Shown piece after piece: positions 12,315 to 23,033 of a stretch of 24,000 nucleotides of DNA (within the stretch, counting starts at the first letter, position 1; each line of letters begins with the position of its first letter). Source of the DNA: Sediminihaliea sp. (GTDB taxonomy: Bacteria > Pseudomonadota > Gammaproteobacteria > Pseudomonadales > Halieaceae). Location: positions 2,761,688 to 2,785,687 of the forward strand of contig OZ244944.1 of the NCBI GenBank assembly GCA_965222335.1, written 5' to 3'. The position numbers were made by a program, and so were the translations under genes. The notes under the pieces are model-generated. The model did no database searches and was not told where the DNA came from. It saw only the letters and a program-made list of their open reading frames with translations.

Positions 12315-12607
12315 ACCAGGAGCGCGTATTTCAAGTGCTGGTAGGCCCGCACGTATCCGAGAAAGCGGCTGTGGTCGCAGACGCCAGCAACCAGTATGTA
12401 TTCAAGGTTGCGGTAGACGCCACCAAGCTGGAGATCAAGAAGTCGGTTGAGCAGCTGTTCAAGGTCAAGGTGGACGCGGTCCAGACCCTGAAGGTCAAGG
12501 GCAAGGTCAAGCGCAACCGTTTCGGCTTCAGCAGCAAGCCGACCTGGAAAAAGGCATACGTTCGCCTGGAGCAGGGTCACGACATCGACTTTGCGTCCGC
12601 TGAGTAA
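12311..12607 (+). CDS. rplW: 50S ribosomal protein L23
   Basis: 98 aa. It overlaps the rplD stop by 4 nt (ATGA). [16 protein letters not shown] resembles the L23 N-terminus. Confidence 0.97.
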   Translation: MNQERVFQVLVGPHVSEKAAVVADASNQYVFKVAVDATKLEIKKSVEQLFKVKVDAVQTLKVKGKVKRNRFGFSSKPTWKKAYVRLEQGHDIDFASAE

Positions 12608-12630
12608 GGCGAGTAAGGAGTAGGTTTAAA

Positions 12631-13458
12631 ATGGCAATTCTGAAGAGCAAGCCCACCTCCCCCGGTCGCCGTCACGTCGTCCGTGTGGTCAGCGAAGAGC
12701 TGCACAAGGGTGAAGCGTATCGCCCGCTGCTGGAGAAGCAGAACCGCAACGGTGGTCGTAACAACAATGGTCGGATCACCACCCGTCACGTGGGCGGTGG
12801 TCACAAGCAGCATTACCGGCTGGTGGACTTCAAGCGCACCAAGGACGGCATCCCGGCCAAGGTCGAGCGCCTGGAGTACGACCCCAATCGCACCGCGCAC
12901 ATCGCGCTGCTGCTGTTCGCCGATGGCGAGCGCCGCTACATCATTGCGCCCAAGGGCGTGAAGGCCGGCGACGTGCTGCAGTCCGGTCCCGCGGCGCCTA
13001 TCAAGAACGGCAACTGCCTGCCGCTGCGCAACATCCCGGTGGGTAGCGTGATCCACGCGGTCGAGCTCAAGCCCGGCAAGGGTGCGCAGATGGCGCGTTC
13101 CGCCGGTGCCTCGATGCAGCTGGTGGCACGTGAAGGCCGCTACGCGACTGTGCGCCTGCGCTCCGGCGAGATGCGCAAGGTCCTGTCGGACTGCCGCGCA
13201 ACCCTGGGCGAGGTTTCCAACTCCGAGCACAGCCTGCGCAAGCTGGGCAAGGCCGGTGCGGCTCGCTGGCGCGGTGTGCGCCCGACGGTTCGCGGCGTGG
13301 CAATGAACCCGGTAGATCACCCGCATGGTGGTGGTGAGGGCCGCACTTCCGGTGGCCGTCACCCGGTGAGCCCGTGGGGCACGCCGACCAAGGGTTACAA
13401 GACCCGCAGTAACAAGCGTACCGACGGCCTGATTGTGCGTCGTCGTGGTAAGAAGTAA
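12631..13458 (+). CDS. rplB: 50S ribosomal protein L2
   Basis: 275 aa. An AAGGAG SD lies upstream. The sequence carries [26 protein letters not shown] and HPHGGGEG motifs. Confidence 0.99.
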   Translation: MAILKSKPTSPGRRHVVRVVSEELHKGEAYRPLLEKQNRNGGRNNNGRITTRHVGGGHKQHYRLVDFKRTKDGIPAKVERLEYDPNRTAHIALLLFADGERRYIIAPKGVKAGDVLQSGPAAPIKNGNCLPLRNIPVGSVIHAVELKPGKGAQMARSAGASMQLVAREGRYATVRLRSGEMRKVLSDCRATLGEVSNSEHSLRKLGKAGAARWRGVRPTVRGVAMNPVDHPHGGGEGRTSGGRHPVSPWGTPTKGYKTRSNKRTDGLIVRRRGKK

Positions 13459-13493
13459 CGGTTGCCCGTAAACCAGATCTAGAGGAAGAAATT

Positions 13494-13769
13494 GTGCCGC
13501 GTTCACTGAAAAAAGGTCCATTTATCGACCTTCACTTGATGAAGAAGGTCGAAGCTGCGGTAGAGAGCAATGACCGCCGCCCGATCAAGACCTGGTCGCG
13601 CCGTTCCATGGTCGCACCGGATATGGTGGGCCTGACTATTGCCGTACACAACGGCCGCCAGCATGTACCGGTCCTGATCAACGAAGACATGGTTGGCCAC
13701 AAGCTGGGCGAATTTGCGGTCACCCGCACGTTCAAGGGCCACATTGTGGACAAGAAGGTCAAGCGCTAG
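13494..13769 (+). CDS. rpsS: 30S ribosomal protein S19
   Basis: GTG start, 91 aa. [15 protein letters not shown]... is near-identical to E. coli S19. Confidence 0.98.
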   Translation: MPRSLKKGPFIDLHLMKKVEAAVESNDRRPIKTWSRRSMVAPDMVGLTIAVHNGRQHVPVLINEDMVGHKLGEFAVTRTFKGHIVDKKVKR

Positions 13770-13797
13770 GCGCTGATTGATATCGAGGTTTAGGAAG

Positions 13798-14136
13798 ATG
13801 GAAGTTGCAGCAAGACTGAAAGGCGCGCGGATCTCTGCGCAGAAGGCCCGCCTGGTTGCTGACCAGGTGCGCGGCAAGTCCGTGGAAGAAGCGCTGAGCC
13901 TGCTCGAGTTCAGCACCAAGAAGGCTGCCCACATTGTCAAGAAGGTGCTCGATTCAGCCATTGCCAATGCGGAGAACAACGAAGGCGCGGACGTGGACGA
14001 GCTGAAAGTGTCCAGCGTCTTCGTGGATGAGGGTATGACGATGAAGCGTCTGCGCCCGCGCGCCAAGGGCCGCGCGGACCGGATTCTGAAGCGCAGCTGT
14101 CATATCACAGTGAAAGTTGCAGACGGCGAAGGCTAA
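13798..14136 (+). CDS. rplV: 50S ribosomal protein L22
   Basis: ATG at 13798 gives [27 protein letters not shown], 112 aa (E. coli 110 aa). A GAGG SD lies 10 nt upstream. The track start at 13777 is over-extended by 7 codons. Confidence 0.95.
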   Translation: MEVAARLKGARISAQKARLVADQVRGKSVEEALSLLEFSTKKAAHIVKKVLDSAIANAENNEGADVDELKVSSVFVDEGMTMKRLRPRAKGRADRILKRSCHITVKVADGEG

Positions 14137-14153
14137 GGTTAGGAGAAGACCAA

Positions 14154-14825
14154 ATGGGTCAGAAAGTAAATCCAGTCGGCATCCGGTTAGGAATCGTTAA
14201 AAAGCATTCCTCCATCTGGTATGCGGACAGCAAGAACTACTCGAAGAACCTGATCAGCGACCTGGAAGTGCGCAAGTTCATCGAAAAGGAACTTGAGAAC
14301 GCCTCGGTCAGCCGTGTGGTTATCGAGCGCCCGGCCCAGACCGCGCGCATTACCATCCACACCGCCCGCCCCGGCATCGTGATCGGCAAGAAAGGCGAGG
14401 ACGTGGACAAGCTGCGCAAGACGCTGACGGCGCGTATGGGTGTGCCCGTGCACATCAATATCGAGGAGATTCGCAAGCCCGACCTGGATGCCAAGCTGGT
14501 TGCACAGAACGTCGCCCAGCAGCTGGAGCGTCGTGTGATGTTCCGCCGCGCGATGAAGCGCGTGGTCCAGAACGCCATGCGTCAGGGCGCAGAGGGTATC
14601 AAGGTGCAGGTAGGCGGCCGCCTGGGTGGCGCTGAGATCGCCCGCACCGAGTGGTATCGCGAAGGCCGTGTCCCCCTGCACACGCTGCGAGCGGACATCG
14701 ACTACGCGACCTACGAGGCTACCACCACGTACGGCATCATCGGCGTGAAGGTATGGATTTTCAAAGGCGAGGTCATCGGTACCGACGATGCCGGCGACGC
14801 CGTCAAGAAGACAGCAACTAATTAA
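14154..14825 (+). CDS. rpsC: 30S ribosomal protein S3
   Basis: 223 aa. [16 protein letters not shown] matches the S3 N-terminus. An AGGAG SD lies upstream. Confidence 0.99.
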   Translation: MGQKVNPVGIRLGIVKKHSSIWYADSKNYSKNLISDLEVRKFIEKELENASVSRVVIERPAQTARITIHTARPGIVIGKKGEDVDKLRKTLTARMGVPVHINIEEIRKPDLDAKLVAQNVAQQLERRVMFRRAMKRVVQNAMRQGAEGIKVQVGGRLGGAEIARTEWYREGRVPLHTLRADIDYATYEATTTYGIIGVKVWIFKGEVIGTDDAGDAVKKTATN

Positions 14826-14836
14826 GGGTTACGCAG

Positions 14837-15250
14837 ATGCTTCAACCTAAGCGTACTAAATTCCGCAAAACGATGAAGGGCCGCAACCGCGGCCTGGCGC
14901 AGCGTGGCAGCAAAGTGAGCTTCGGCGAATACGGTTTGAAAGCAACCGGTCGCGGCCGCATAACTGCACGCCAGATCGAGGCAGCCCGTCGTGCGATGAC
15001 CCGCCATATCAAGCGTGGCGGCAAGATCTGGATCCGCGTCTTCCCGGACAAGCCGATCACCGGCAAGCCGCTGGAAGTTCGCCAGGGTAAAGGTAAGGGT
15101 AACGTGGAGTACTGGGTAGCCCAGGTACAGCCCGGAAGGGTGTTGTACGAAGTGCAGGGTGTATCCGAGGAGCTGGCCAGGGAAGCATTTGCCCTGGCGG
15201 CATCCAAGATTCCCGTTGCGACAACATTTGTAAAACGGTCGGTGATGTGA
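14837..15250 (+). CDS. rplP: 50S ribosomal protein L16
   Basis: 137 aa. [21 protein letters not shown] matches the L16 N-terminus. Confidence 0.99.
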   Translation: MLQPKRTKFRKTMKGRNRGLAQRGSKVSFGEYGLKATGRGRITARQIEAARRAMTRHIKRGGKIWIRVFPDKPITGKPLEVRQGKGKGNVEYWVAQVQPGRVLYEVQGVSEELAREAFALAASKIPVATTFVKRSVM

Positions 15251-15441
15251 TGAAAGCAAGCGAATTGCGTGAGAAGTCCGCTGAGGACCTGAACAAGCAG
15301 CTGCTCACCCTGCGTGAGGAGCAGTTCAAGCTGCGCATGCAGAAGTCCACTGGTCAGCTGGGGCAGACGCATCTGCTGCAGCAGAATCAGCGCGACATCG
15401 CACGCGTCAAGACTGTTCTGAAACAGAAGGCAGGTAACTAG
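15250..15441 (+). CDS. rpmC: 50S ribosomal protein L29
   Basis: ATG at 15250 gives [15 protein letters not shown]..., 63 aa as in E. coli. It overlaps the rplP TGA by 1 nt (TGATG). The alternative GTG at 15247 is used by the track. Confidence 0.93.
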   Translation: MKASELREKSAEDLNKQLLTLREEQFKLRMQKSTGQLGQTHLLQQNQRDIARVKTVLKQKAGN

Positions 15442-15443
15442 AC

Positions 15444-15713
15444 ATGTCAGGTGCAGAAAAGCGTATTCGTACGGCAACCGGCAAGGTTGTCAGTAACAAG
15501 ATGGACAAGACGGTCACCGTGCTGATTGAGCGCCGGGTGAAGCACCCCGTGTACGGTAAGTACATCACCCGTTCATCCAAGATCCACGCACACGACGAGA
15601 ACAACGAGTGCGGGATGGGTGACACCGTGAAAGTGACCGAGTCGCGTCCGCTTTCCAAGAACAAGACCTGGAAGCTGCTGGAAGTAGTAGAAACCGCCAC
15701 TCAGGTCGTTTGA
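15444..15713 (+). CDS. rpsQ: 30S ribosomal protein S17
   Basis: 89 aa. [32 protein letters not shown] matches the S17 core. Confidence 0.98.
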   Translation: MSGAEKRIRTATGKVVSNKMDKTVTVLIERRVKHPVYGKYITRSSKIHAHDENNECGMGDTVKVTESRPLSKNKTWKLLEVVETATQVV

Positions 15714-15780
15714 GCGCAGGCCCGGGTCAGTTAAGTACAGGAAGGTGCGGCCGGATTGCCGCCGCAGTTTGGAGTAAAAG

Positions 15781-16149
15781 ATGATTCAAACACAGTCGTA
15801 TTTGGAAGTCGCTGACAACAGCGGTGCCCGTCGTGTCATGTGCATCAAGGTGCTGGGCGGCTCCAAGCGTCGTTACGCGCGGGTTGGTGACCTGATCAAG
15901 GTGACCGTGAAGGAAGCAATTCCCCGCGGCAAGGTCAAGAAAGGCCAGGTGATGACTGCCGTTGTCGTGCGCACCAAGAAGGGTGTTCGTCGCCCCGACG
16001 GCTCTCTCATCAAGTTTGATGACAACGCCGCGGTGCTGCTCAACAACCAGGAAGCGCCGATCGGTACGCGTATCTTTGGCCCGGTCACGCGCGAACTGCG
16101 CGGCGAGAAGTTTATGAAGATTATTTCTCTGGCCCCGGAAGTTATCTGA
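15781..16149 (+). CDS. rplN: 50S ribosomal protein L14
   Basis: 122 aa. [28 protein letters not shown] is near-identical to E. coli L14. Confidence 0.99.
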   Translation: MIQTQSYLEVADNSGARRVMCIKVLGGSKRRYARVGDLIKVTVKEAIPRGKVKKGQVMTAVVVRTKKGVRRPDGSLIKFDDNAAVLLNNQEAPIGTRIFGPVTRELRGEKFMKIISLAPEVI

Positions 16150-16175
16150 TCCGGCCAGCAGGGAGAGGAAGAGAA

Positions 16176-16490
16176 ATGTTGAAGATCAAGCGCGATGACG
16201 AAGTGATTATCCTGGCCGGCAAGGACAAGGGTAAGCGCGGCAAGGTTCGCAAGGTGCTCGCTGACAATCGCGTGGTTGTTGCCGGCATCAACATGGTAAA
16301 GAAGCACACCAAGCCCAACCCGCAGATGGGTGTGGCTGGCGGCATTGTTGAGCGTGAGGCGCCCATCCAGGTGTCCAACGTGGCGATTTACAACCCCGCC
16401 ACCAGCAAGGCCGATCGTGTGGGTTTCAAACTGGAAGGAGATAGCAAGACGCGTATCTTCAGGTCCACTGGCGAGGCGATCGACTCCTGA
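16176..16490 (+). CDS. rplX: 50S ribosomal protein L24
   Basis: 104 aa. [22 protein letters not shown] is the KOW motif region of L24. Confidence 0.98.
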   Translation: MLKIKRDDEVIILAGKDKGKRGKVRKVLADNRVVVAGINMVKKHTKPNPQMGVAGGIVEREAPIQVSNVAIYNPATSKADRVGFKLEGDSKTRIFRSTGEAIDS

Positions 16491-16528
16491 GCCTGACCGC
16501 TGGCTAATCGAGTTTACAGGTAGAAGAC

Positions 16529-17068
16529 ATGGCAACGTTGAAAGACAAGTACAAGAGCGAGCTCGCTCCCCGGCTGAAAGAAGAGCTGGGCCTGGCTAAT
16601 GTGATGGAAGTACCGCGCATCACCAAGATCACCCTGAACATGGGTGTGGGCGATGCCGTTGGCGACAAGAAGGTGTTGGAGAACGCCGTCGCCGACATGG
16701 AGAAGATCGCCGGGCAGAAGCCGATCATTACCAAGGCGCGCAAGTCCATCGCCGGGTTCAAGATCCGCGACGGCTGGCCGATCGGCTGTAAGGTGACCCT
16801 TCGCTCCGACCGCATGTACGAGTTCCTGGAGCGCCTGATCAGCATTGCGATCCCGCGTATCCGCGACTTCCGCGGTATCAGCCCGAAGTCTTTCGACGGG
16901 CGCGGTAACTTCGCAATGGGCGTTGGTGAGCAAATCATTTTCCCGGAAATTGACTACGACCAGGTGGACGCACTTCGCGGTATGGATATCACCATCACCA
17001 CCACGGCTCGTACGGATGATGAAGGCCGCGCCCTGCTGCGCGCTTTCAACTTCCCCCTGAAAGGTTAA
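16529..17068 (+). CDS. rplE: 50S ribosomal protein L5
   Basis: 179 aa, the same length as E. coli L5. The conserved ITLNMGVG and [15 protein letters not shown] blocks are present. Confidence 0.99.
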   Translation: MATLKDKYKSELAPRLKEELGLANVMEVPRITKITLNMGVGDAVGDKKVLENAVADMEKIAGQKPIITKARKSIAGFKIRDGWPIGCKVTLRSDRMYEFLERLISIAIPRIRDFRGISPKSFDGRGNFAMGVGEQIIFPEIDYDQVDALRGMDITITTTARTDDEGRALLRAFNFPLKG

Positions 17069-17080
17069 GAGGCTTTATAC

Positions 17081-17386
17081 ATGGCTAAAAAATCTATGAT
17101 CGCGCGTGAAGACAAGCGTGCACGTATGGTGGCTAAGTACGCCCAGAAGCGTGCCAACCTGAAGGCGGTTCTCAGCGACATGAATGCGTCTGACGAAGAG
17201 AAGTGGGAAGCCCAGGTTGCCCTGCAGAAGCTGCCACGTGATGCCAGCCCGGTGCGCCGCCAGCGTCGCTGCCAGCTCACCGGTCGCCCTCACGCGGTGT
17301 ATCGTAAATTTGGCCTGTGCCGTAACAAGCTGCGTGAGGCAGCCATGCGCGGCGATGTACCTGGTCTGGTTAAGTCCAGCTGGTAA
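17081..17386 (+). CDS. rpsN: 30S ribosomal protein S14 (long, non-zinc form)
   Basis: 101 aa. It runs [13 protein letters not shown]... to ...[12 protein letters not shown], as in E. coli S14. There is no CxxC pair. Confidence 0.98.
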   Translation: MAKKSMIAREDKRARMVAKYAQKRANLKAVLSDMNASDEEKWEAQVALQKLPRDASPVRRQRRCQLTGRPHAVYRKFGLCRNKLREAAMRGDVPGLVKSSW

Positions 17387-17401
17387 CGGAGAGATTTAGA
17401 A

Positions 17402-17797
17402 ATGAGTATGCAAGATCCGCTGTCAGATATGCTGACCCGTATTCGCAATGCGCAAATGGCCGGTAAAACCACTGTGGAAATGCCGGGCTCCAAGCTCAAG
17501 GCTGCCGTTGCGGCAGTACTGAAGGAAGAGGGCTACGTGAGTGATTTCGCGTCGTCCACCGAACAGGGCAAGCCGCGCCTGAGCATTGAGCTCAAGTACT
17601 ACCAGGGCAAGCCCGTTATTGCAGAGATCGATCGCATCAGTCGTCCCGGGCTGCGCAGCTATGCCGCCAAGGATGAGCTGCCCTCCGTTCGCGGTGGGCT
17701 GGGCGTGGCAATCGTATCCACCTCGCGGGGTGTGATGACCGATCGCGCGGCACGTGCCGCGGGTGTCGGTGGTGAAGTGCTCTGCACCGTTTTCTAA
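17402..17797 (+). CDS. rpsH: 30S ribosomal protein S8
   Basis: 131 aa. [20 protein letters not shown] matches the S8 N-terminus. Confidence 0.99.
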   Translation: MSMQDPLSDMLTRIRNAQMAGKTTVEMPGSKLKAAVAAVLKEEGYVSDFASSTEQGKPRLSIELKYYQGKPVIAEIDRISRPGLRSYAAKDELPSVRGGLGVAIVSTSRGVMTDRAARAAGVGGEVLCTVF

Positions 17798-17824
17798 GAT
17801 TTTTTGATTTAAAGAGCATTCAAC

Positions 17825-18352
17825 ATGTCTAGAGTCGCAAATAATCCGGTAACACTGCCCAGCGGTGTCGAGGTCAAGCTGAACGGCCGCGACGTCTCTG
17901 TAAAAGGCAGCAAGGGCACGCTGGAACTGTCACTGGTTGACGGCGTGCAGCTTAGCCAGGATGACAACGTTTTGACCGTCGCGTACGAGAGTGACAAGTC
18001 CAAGGCCCAGGCCGGGACGACTCGCGCGCTGCTGAACAATATGGTCAAGGGCGTCAGCGAAGGCTGGGAGAAGAAGTTGATCCTCAACGGCGTTGGCTAT
18101 CGTGCCAAGGCTGCCGGCAGCACCGTCAACCTGACCGTGGGTCTGTCCCACCAGGTGGATTACCAGCTGCCCGAGGGTGTCAGCGCCGAGACTCCCACGC
18201 AGACCGAAGTGGTCGTGAAAGGTATAGACAAGCAGGCTGTTGGCCAGGCCGCCGCGGAAATCCGCGGCGTTCGTCCGCCAGAGCCTTACAAGGGTAAAGG
18301 CATTCGCTACGCGGACGAGTACGTCCGCCGTAAAGAAGCCAAGAAGAAGTAA
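17825..18352 (+). CDS. rplF: 50S ribosomal protein L6
   Basis: 175 aa. [17 protein letters not shown] matches the L6 N-terminus. Confidence 0.98.
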   Translation: MSRVANNPVTLPSGVEVKLNGRDVSVKGSKGTLELSLVDGVQLSQDDNVLTVAYESDKSKAQAGTTRALLNNMVKGVSEGWEKKLILNGVGYRAKAAGSTVNLTVGLSHQVDYQLPEGVSAETPTQTEVVVKGIDKQAVGQAAAEIRGVRPPEPYKGKGIRYADEYVRRKEAKKK

Positions 18353-18365
18353 GCAGGTACCTCAG

Positions 18366-18716
18366 ATGAGTGCAAAGAATGATTCAAGGCTGCGTCGCGC
18401 TCGTCGCGCTCGCGCCCGCATGCGCGACCAGGGCGTGAACCGCCTGAGCGTGCACCGGACTCCGCGCCACATCTACGCCCAGGTGTTTGCACCTGCCGGC
18501 GACAAGGTGCTGGCCAGCGCTTCAACCCTGGACACCACCTTGCGCGGTGGCAGCACCGGTAACGCCGATGCGGCTGCGGCCGTGGGCAAGCTGGTGGCTG
18601 AGCGGGCCAAGGCGGCCGGTGTCGAGAAAGTCGCATTCGATCGCAGCGGCTACAAGTACCACGGACGCATCAAGGCTCTGGCCGACGCCGCCCGTGAAAG
18701 TGGACTGGAATTCTAG
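18366..18716 (+). CDS. rplR: 50S ribosomal protein L18
   Basis: ATG at 18366 gives [21 protein letters not shown]..., 116 aa (E. coli 117 aa). The track start at 18240 lies inside rplF and adds 42 spurious residues. Confidence 0.95.
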   Translation: MSAKNDSRLRRARRARARMRDQGVNRLSVHRTPRHIYAQVFAPAGDKVLASASTLDTTLRGGSTGNADAAAAVGKLVAERAKAAGVEKVAFDRSGYKYHGRIKALADAARESGLEF

Positions 18717-18725
18717 GGTAACGAT

Positions 18726-19238
18726 ATGGCGTTTAACGATCAGAAGAAGCAGCAGCAGGACGGTGACCTCCAGGAAAAGCTGGTCCAGGTAAACCGCGTT
18801 GCGAAAGTGGTCAAGGGTGGCCGTATCTTTGGTTTCACCGCCCTGACCGTCGTTGGCGACGGCAAGGGTAAAGTGGGCTTCGGCCGCGGCAAGGCGCGTG
18901 AGGTGCCGGTTGCGATCCAGAAGGCCATGGAAGCCGCGCGTCGCAACATGATCCAGGTCGAGTTGAACGACGGCACTATCCAGTACCCGGTAAAGGCCAG
19001 CCACGGCGCCTCCAAGGTGTACATGCAGCCGGCTTCCGAAGGTACCGGCGTGATTGCCGGTGGTGCGATGCGCGCGGTGCTGGAAATTGCCGGCGTCCAC
19101 GACGTGCTGGCCAAGTGCTACGGCTCCACGAACCCGGTCAACGTGGTTCGCGCGACTTTTAACGGTCTGCGCGACATGTCTGCCCCGGACGACGTGGCTG
19201 CCAAGCGCGGCAAGACCGTCGAAGAAATTTTGAACTAA
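18726..19238 (+). CDS. rpsE: 30S ribosomal protein S5
   Basis: 170 aa. [32 protein letters not shown] is the conserved S5 block. Confidence 0.99.
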   Translation: MAFNDQKKQQQDGDLQEKLVQVNRVAKVVKGGRIFGFTALTVVGDGKGKVGFGRGKAREVPVAIQKAMEAARRNMIQVELNDGTIQYPVKASHGASKVYMQPASEGTGVIAGGAMRAVLEIAGVHDVLAKCYGSTNPVNVVRATFNGLRDMSAPDDVAAKRGKTVEEILN

Positions 19239-19256
19239 TTATTGGGTTGGCTTGTC

Positions 19257-19439
19257 ATGGCTAAAGCAACTATTAAGGTAACGCAGACCAAGAGCGCTTA
19301 CGGTCGCCTCAAGGCTCACAGGGCCTGTGTGGCCGGCCTCGGCCTGCGCCGTATCGGCCACACGGTTGAGGTGGAAGACACTCCCTCCGTGCGCGGCATG
19401 ATCAACAAAGTGAATTACCTGGTACGGGTTGAGGATTAA
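19257..19439 (+). CDS. rpmD: 50S ribosomal protein L30
   Basis: ATG at 19257 gives [17 protein letters not shown]..., 60 aa (E. coli 59 aa). The track start at 19242 is over-extended by 5 codons. Confidence 0.94.
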   Translation: MAKATIKVTQTKSAYGRLKAHRACVAGLGLRRIGHTVEVEDTPSVRGMINKVNYLVRVED

Positions 19440-19443
19440 TCAG

Positions 19444-19890
19444 ATGTCAGAAGAATTGCGACTCAATACCCTGGCGCCGGCACCGGGCTCGCGGAAAGAC
19501 GCCAAGCGTGTCGGTCGCGGTATCGGCAGTGGCCTGGGCAAGACCGCCGGTCGCGGTCACAAGGGCCAGAAGTCCCGCTCCGGCGGTCGCGTGAAGCCCG
19601 GTTTCGAGGGCGGCCAGATGCCGCTGCAGAAGCGCCTGCCGAAGTACGGCTTCAGCTCGCGCATCTCTCGCACCACGGCGCAGGTACGCCTGGGTGAACT
19701 GAACCAGGTGGCAGGCGACGTGGTCGACCTGGACGCACTGAAGGCAGCCGATCTGGTACGTAATGATGTGACTCGCGCCCGCGTGTTCCTGTCCGGTGAA
19801 CTGGGCAAGGCCGTGACCGTGAAGGGTCTGGCGGTCACCAAGGGTGCCCGCGATGCCATCGAGCAGGCCGGCGGGAAAGTAGAGGAATAA
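19444..19890 (+). CDS. rplO: 50S ribosomal protein L15
   Basis: ATG at 19444 has a GAGGA SD 8 nt upstream and gives [34 protein letters not shown]. An in-frame TTG at 19456 would give MRLNTL exactly as in E. coli, so the start is uncertain by 4 codons. Confidence 0.93.
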   Translation: MSEELRLNTLAPAPGSRKDAKRVGRGIGSGLGKTAGRGHKGQKSRSGGRVKPGFEGGQMPLQKRLPKYGFSSRISRTTAQVRLGELNQVAGDVVDLDALKAADLVRNDVTRARVFLSGELGKAVTVKGLAVTKGARDAIEQAGGKVEE

Positions 19891-21219
19891 ATGGCGACAG
19901 GTCAACTGCCCGGCGTTAACAAGGCAGGCATGGGCGAGCTCTTTGCTCGCCTTCGTTTTGTCTTGCTGGCGATAATTGTTTATCGCATCGGCACGCACAT
20001 ACCGGTGCCGGGCATTGACCCGGCCCAGCTGGCGGCACTGTTCAACCAGAACCAGGGTACCATCCTGGGTCTGGCGAACATGTTCTCCGGCGGTGCGCTG
20101 GAGCGGATGAGTATCCTGGCCCTGGGCATCATGCCCTACATCTCTGCGTCGATCATCATGCAGCTGATGTCGGCGGTGACGCCGCAGCTGGAGGCGCTGA
20201 AGAAAGAAGGCGAGTCCGGCCGCCGCAAGATCAGCCAGTACACGCGCTACCTGACGGTCGTGCTGGCGATTGTGCAGGCCACCGGTATGACCGTGGGCAT
20301 GGCCAACCAGGGTATGGCTTACAGCGTCAGCCCGCTTTTTTACGTGATTGCGATCACGTCGCTGGTCACCGGCGCCGTGTTCATGATGTGGCTGGGCGAG
20401 CAGATTACCGAGAAGGGTGTCGGCAACGGCATTTCGCTGCTGATCTTTGCCGGGATTGTCGCGGGCCTGCCCTCGGCGATCGGCCAGTCCCTGGAGCAGG
20501 CGCGTCAGGGTGAGCTGAATATCCTGGTGCTGCTGTTCGTGCTGGCGCTGGCGATTGCGGTGATCTACATGATCGTGTTCATCGAGCGCGGCCAGCGCCG
20601 GATCACGGTGAACTACGCCAAGCGGCAGCAGGGGCGCAAGATGTTCCAGGCGCAGAGCTCGCATCTGCCCCTGAAGGTGAACATGGCCGGGGTGATTCCG
20701 GCGATTTTCGCCAGCAGCATCCTGCTGTTCCCGGCCTCGATCGCGCAGTGGTTCGGGTCCTCGGGCTCGGCTGACTGGCTGCAGGATCTGGCGGTGGCGA
20801 TTGGCCCCGGTCAGCCGCTGAACATCCTGTTGTTCACGGGCTTTATTGTATTTTTCTGCTTCTTCTATACGGCGTTGATGTTCAACCCCCAGGAAGTGGC
20901 AGACAACCTGAAGCGGTCCGGCGCCTTTGTGCCGGGTATCCGCCCGGGGCAGCAGACCGCCAACTACATTGACGGCGTGCTGACCAGGCTGACGGTTTTC
21001 GGCTCTGCGTATATCGCGCTGGTATGTCTGATGCCGCAGTTCCTGGTAGTGATGTGGAACGTGCCCTTTTACCTGGGCGGGACCTCGTTGCTGATCGTGG
21101 TAGTGGTGGTCATGGATTTCATGGCCCAGGTGCAGAGCCACCTGATGTCACAGCAGTACGACTCTGTGATGAAGAAGGCCAACCTGAAGAATTATGGTGC
21201 TTCCGGTCGCGTGCGCTAA
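19891..21219 (+). CDS. secY: Preprotein translocase subunit SecY
   Basis: 442 aa. The ATG directly abuts the rplO TAA. It is a multi-spanning hydrophobic protein with conserved SecY blocks ([33 protein letters not shown]) at its canonical place at the end of the spc operon. Confidence 0.99.
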   Translation: MATGQLPGVNKAGMGELFARLRFVLLAIIVYRIGTHIPVPGIDPAQLAALFNQNQGTILGLANMFSGGALERMSILALGIMPYISASIIMQLMSAVTPQLEALKKEGESGRRKISQYTRYLTVVLAIVQATGMTVGMANQGMAYSVSPLFYVIAITSLVTGAVFMMWLGEQITEKGVGNGISLLIFAGIVAGLPSAIGQSLEQARQGELNILVLLFVLALAIAVIYMIVFIERGQRRITVNYAKRQQGRKMFQAQSSHLPLKVNMAGVIPAIFASSILLFPASIAQWFGSSGSADWLQDLAVAIGPGQPLNILLFTGFIVFFCFFYTALMFNPQEVADNLKRSGAFVPGIRPGQQTANYIDGVLTRLTVFGSAYIALVCLMPQFLVVMWNVPFYLGGTSLLIVVVVVMDFMAQVQSHLMSQQYDSVMKKANLKNYGASGRVR

Positions 21220-21247
21220 GCGGCGGCGGGTGTTTGGAGAGAGTGAG

Positions 21248-21364
21248 ATGAAAGTACGTGCATCGGTAAAGAAGATCTGCAGGAACTGCAAGATTGTTCG
21301 CCGCCATGGTGTCGTGCGCGTGATCTGCAACACGGATCCGCGGCACAAGCAGCGCCAGGGCTGA
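21248..21364 (+). CDS. rpmJ: 50S ribosomal protein L36 (zinc-ribbon form)
   Basis: Absent from the ORF track because it is under 60 aa. My translation is [38 protein letters not shown] (38 aa) with the C11-C14-C27-H33 pattern. A GAGAGTGAG SD-like stretch lies upstream. Stop is TGA at 21362-21364. Confidence 0.95.
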   Translation: MKVRASVKKICRNCKIVRRHGVVRVICNTDPRHKQRQG

Positions 21365-21400
21365 GGCCGGGTGCTGGACGGTATTTGTACTGTTTAGCGG

Positions 21401-21429
21401 TTGATTTTTGGTTAACAAGTCGCTAGAAT
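21401..21429 (+). promoter_or_regulatory. Sigma70 promoter of the alpha operon (rpsM-rpsK-rpsD-rpoA)
   Basis: TTGATT (21401-21406), 17-nt spacer, TAGAAT (21424-21429). A GC-rich discriminator (TCGGCGCC) follows. The promoter lies about 100 nt upstream of rpsM. Confidence 0.62.
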
Positions 21430-21525
21430 TCGGCGCCTTTCGCGTCCCCACCCCCTCACTGAACGGTTTCAGGGGTGTGGCGCTGCGCTGCTGGTAGCGA
21501 AAACTGAGTATTTGGAGAAAGTTGG

Positions 21526-21882
21526 ATGGCTCGTATTGCCGGTGTCAACATACCTGACAACAAGCACACCGTGGTCTCTTTGACCTATATCTACGGTATT
21601 GGTCGCACCCAGGCGCAGCGCCTGTGTGAGGAAACCGGGGTGGAGCAGCACGCCAAGGTGGCGGAGCTGTCCGAAGAGCAGCTGGATGCCCTGCGCGGGA
21701 AGATCGGTGACATGAGCGTCGAGGGCGACCTGCGCCGCGAGGTCTCCATGAACATCAAGCGCCTGATGGACCTGGGGTGCAACCGCGGCCTGCGTCACCG
21801 TCGCAGCCTGCCGCTGCGTGGCCAGCGCACCAAGACCAATGCGCGCACCCGCAAGGGCCCGCGCAAGCCGATTCGTCGCTAG
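21526..21882 (+). CDS. rpsM: 30S ribosomal protein S13
   Basis: 118 aa. [26 protein letters not shown] matches the S13 N-terminus. A GGAGA SD lies upstream. Confidence 0.99.
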   Translation: MARIAGVNIPDNKHTVVSLTYIYGIGRTQAQRLCEETGVEQHAKVAELSEEQLDALRGKIGDMSVEGDLRREVSMNIKRLMDLGCNRGLRHRRSLPLRGQRTKTNARTRKGPRKPIRR

Positions 21883-21959
21883 GGGCCATTCCCCGCAACG
21901 AGTCCTTTTAGTGTAGCTGCACCCCTGTGCAGTGTTGATATTAAAACAGGAACGAAAAT

Positions 21960-22352
21960 ATGGCTAAGCCAGGTGCGAAAAGCACTCGCAAGAAGGTCAA
22001 TAAGTCCGTCGTCGACGGCATTGCGCATGTACACGCGTCCTTCAACAACACCATTGTTACGATTACCGACCGCCAGGGCAACACTCTGAGCTGGGCGACC
22101 TCCGGCGGCTCCGGCTTTCGCGGTTCGCGCAAGAGCACGCCCTTCGCCGCCCAGGTGGCCGCGGAGCGCGCGGGCGAAGCGGCCAAGGAGTACGGCCTGC
22201 AGAATCTGGACGTGCAGGTAAAAGGCCCGGGGCCCGGCCGCGAGTCGGCCGTGCGCGCGCTTAACGCCTGTGGCTACAAGATCAGCAACATTACTGACGT
22301 GACGCCGATCCCGCACAACGGCTGTCGTCCGCCCAAGAAACGTCGCGTGTAA
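21960..22352 (+). CDS. rpsK: 30S ribosomal protein S11
   Basis: 130 aa. [22 protein letters not shown] and the C-terminal [16 protein letters not shown] match S11. Confidence 0.99.
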   Translation: MAKPGAKSTRKKVNKSVVDGIAHVHASFNNTIVTITDRQGNTLSWATSGGSGFRGSRKSTPFAAQVAAERAGEAAKEYGLQNLDVQVKGPGPGRESAVRALNACGYKISNITDVTPIPHNGCRPPKKRRV

Positions 22353-22375
22353 ACCGCATACAGGATTGAACTGAC

Positions 22376-22996
22376 ATGGCTCGATATATTGGACCCAAGT
22401 GCAAGCTCTCCCGTCGTGAAGGAACTGACCTGTTCCTCAAGAGCGGTGTGCGCGCGCTGGAAAGCAAGTGTAAGGCAGAGGCCGTTCCCGGCCAGCACGG
22501 CGCCCGCCGCGGCCGCCTGTCCGACTACGGTGTGCAGCTGCGCGAGAAGCAGAAAGTGCGTCGTATCTACGGTGTGCTGGAGAAGCAGTTCCGTGGTTAC
22601 TACCAGGAAGCGGCCCGTCGCAAGGGCGCGACCGGTGAGAACCTGCTGCAGCTGCTGGAATCCCGCCTGGACAACGTGGTTTACCGCATGGGCTTTGGTG
22701 CCACCCGCGCCGAAGCGCGGCAGATGGTGTCCCACAAGGCGATCCTGGTCAACGGCAGCACCGTGAACATCCCTTCCTACCAGGTGCAGGCCGGCGATGT
22801 CGTGTCCCTGCGTGAAAAAGCCAAGAAGCAGCTGCGTGTGCAGTCGGCCCTGGCCCTGGCGGCCCAGCGTGGCGAGCCGGAGTGGATCGAGGTCAACAAC
22901 GAGAAACTGGAAGGCGTATTCAAAGCTGCGCCGGAGCGCCAGGACCTGTCTTCCGAGATCAACGAAAACCTGATCGTGGAACTGTACTCCAAGTAA
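22376..22996 (+). CDS. rpsD: 30S ribosomal protein S4
   Basis: 206 aa, the same length as E. coli S4. [24 protein letters not shown] matches the N-terminus. Confidence 0.99.
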   Translation: MARYIGPKCKLSRREGTDLFLKSGVRALESKCKAEAVPGQHGARRGRLSDYGVQLREKQKVRRIYGVLEKQFRGYYQEAARRKGATGENLLQLLESRLDNVVYRMGFGATRAEARQMVSHKAILVNGSTVNIPSYQVQAGDVVSLREKAKKQLRVQSALALAAQRGEPEWIEVNNEKLEGVFKAAPERQDLSSEINENLIVELYSK

Positions 22997-23033
22997 TCCG
23001 ACACAGCACAAACCTACTATTACAGGTGCCAGA

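Noticed and set aside
15714-15780. A separate spc-operon promoter or S10 terminator in the rpsQ-rplN spacer.
   Set aside because: TTGAGC-16-TAAGTA is a poor match. The TGCGGC/GCCGCA hairpin has no U-tract. S10 and spc genes are probably co-transcribed or processed here. Nothing is callable.
19447-21141. A 564-aa minus-strand ORF antisense to secY, and similar long antisense ORFs at 12577-13521, 22274-23344, 5733-6281 and 18522-19100.
   Set aside because: They lie exactly opposite strongly conserved genes. Their products are low-complexity and rich in R/H/Q/G/A/P, and they lack recognisable motifs or SD sequences. Stop-free antisense frames are expected in GC-rich, codon-biased genes.
21430-21525. 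The alpha-operon leader, examined as an S4 autoregulatory pseudoknot.
   Set aside because: Only a 5-bp CCCCT/AGGGG stem (21452-21456 with 21471-21475), with bulged extensions, is visible. I cannot support a pseudoknot without folding or covariation analysis.
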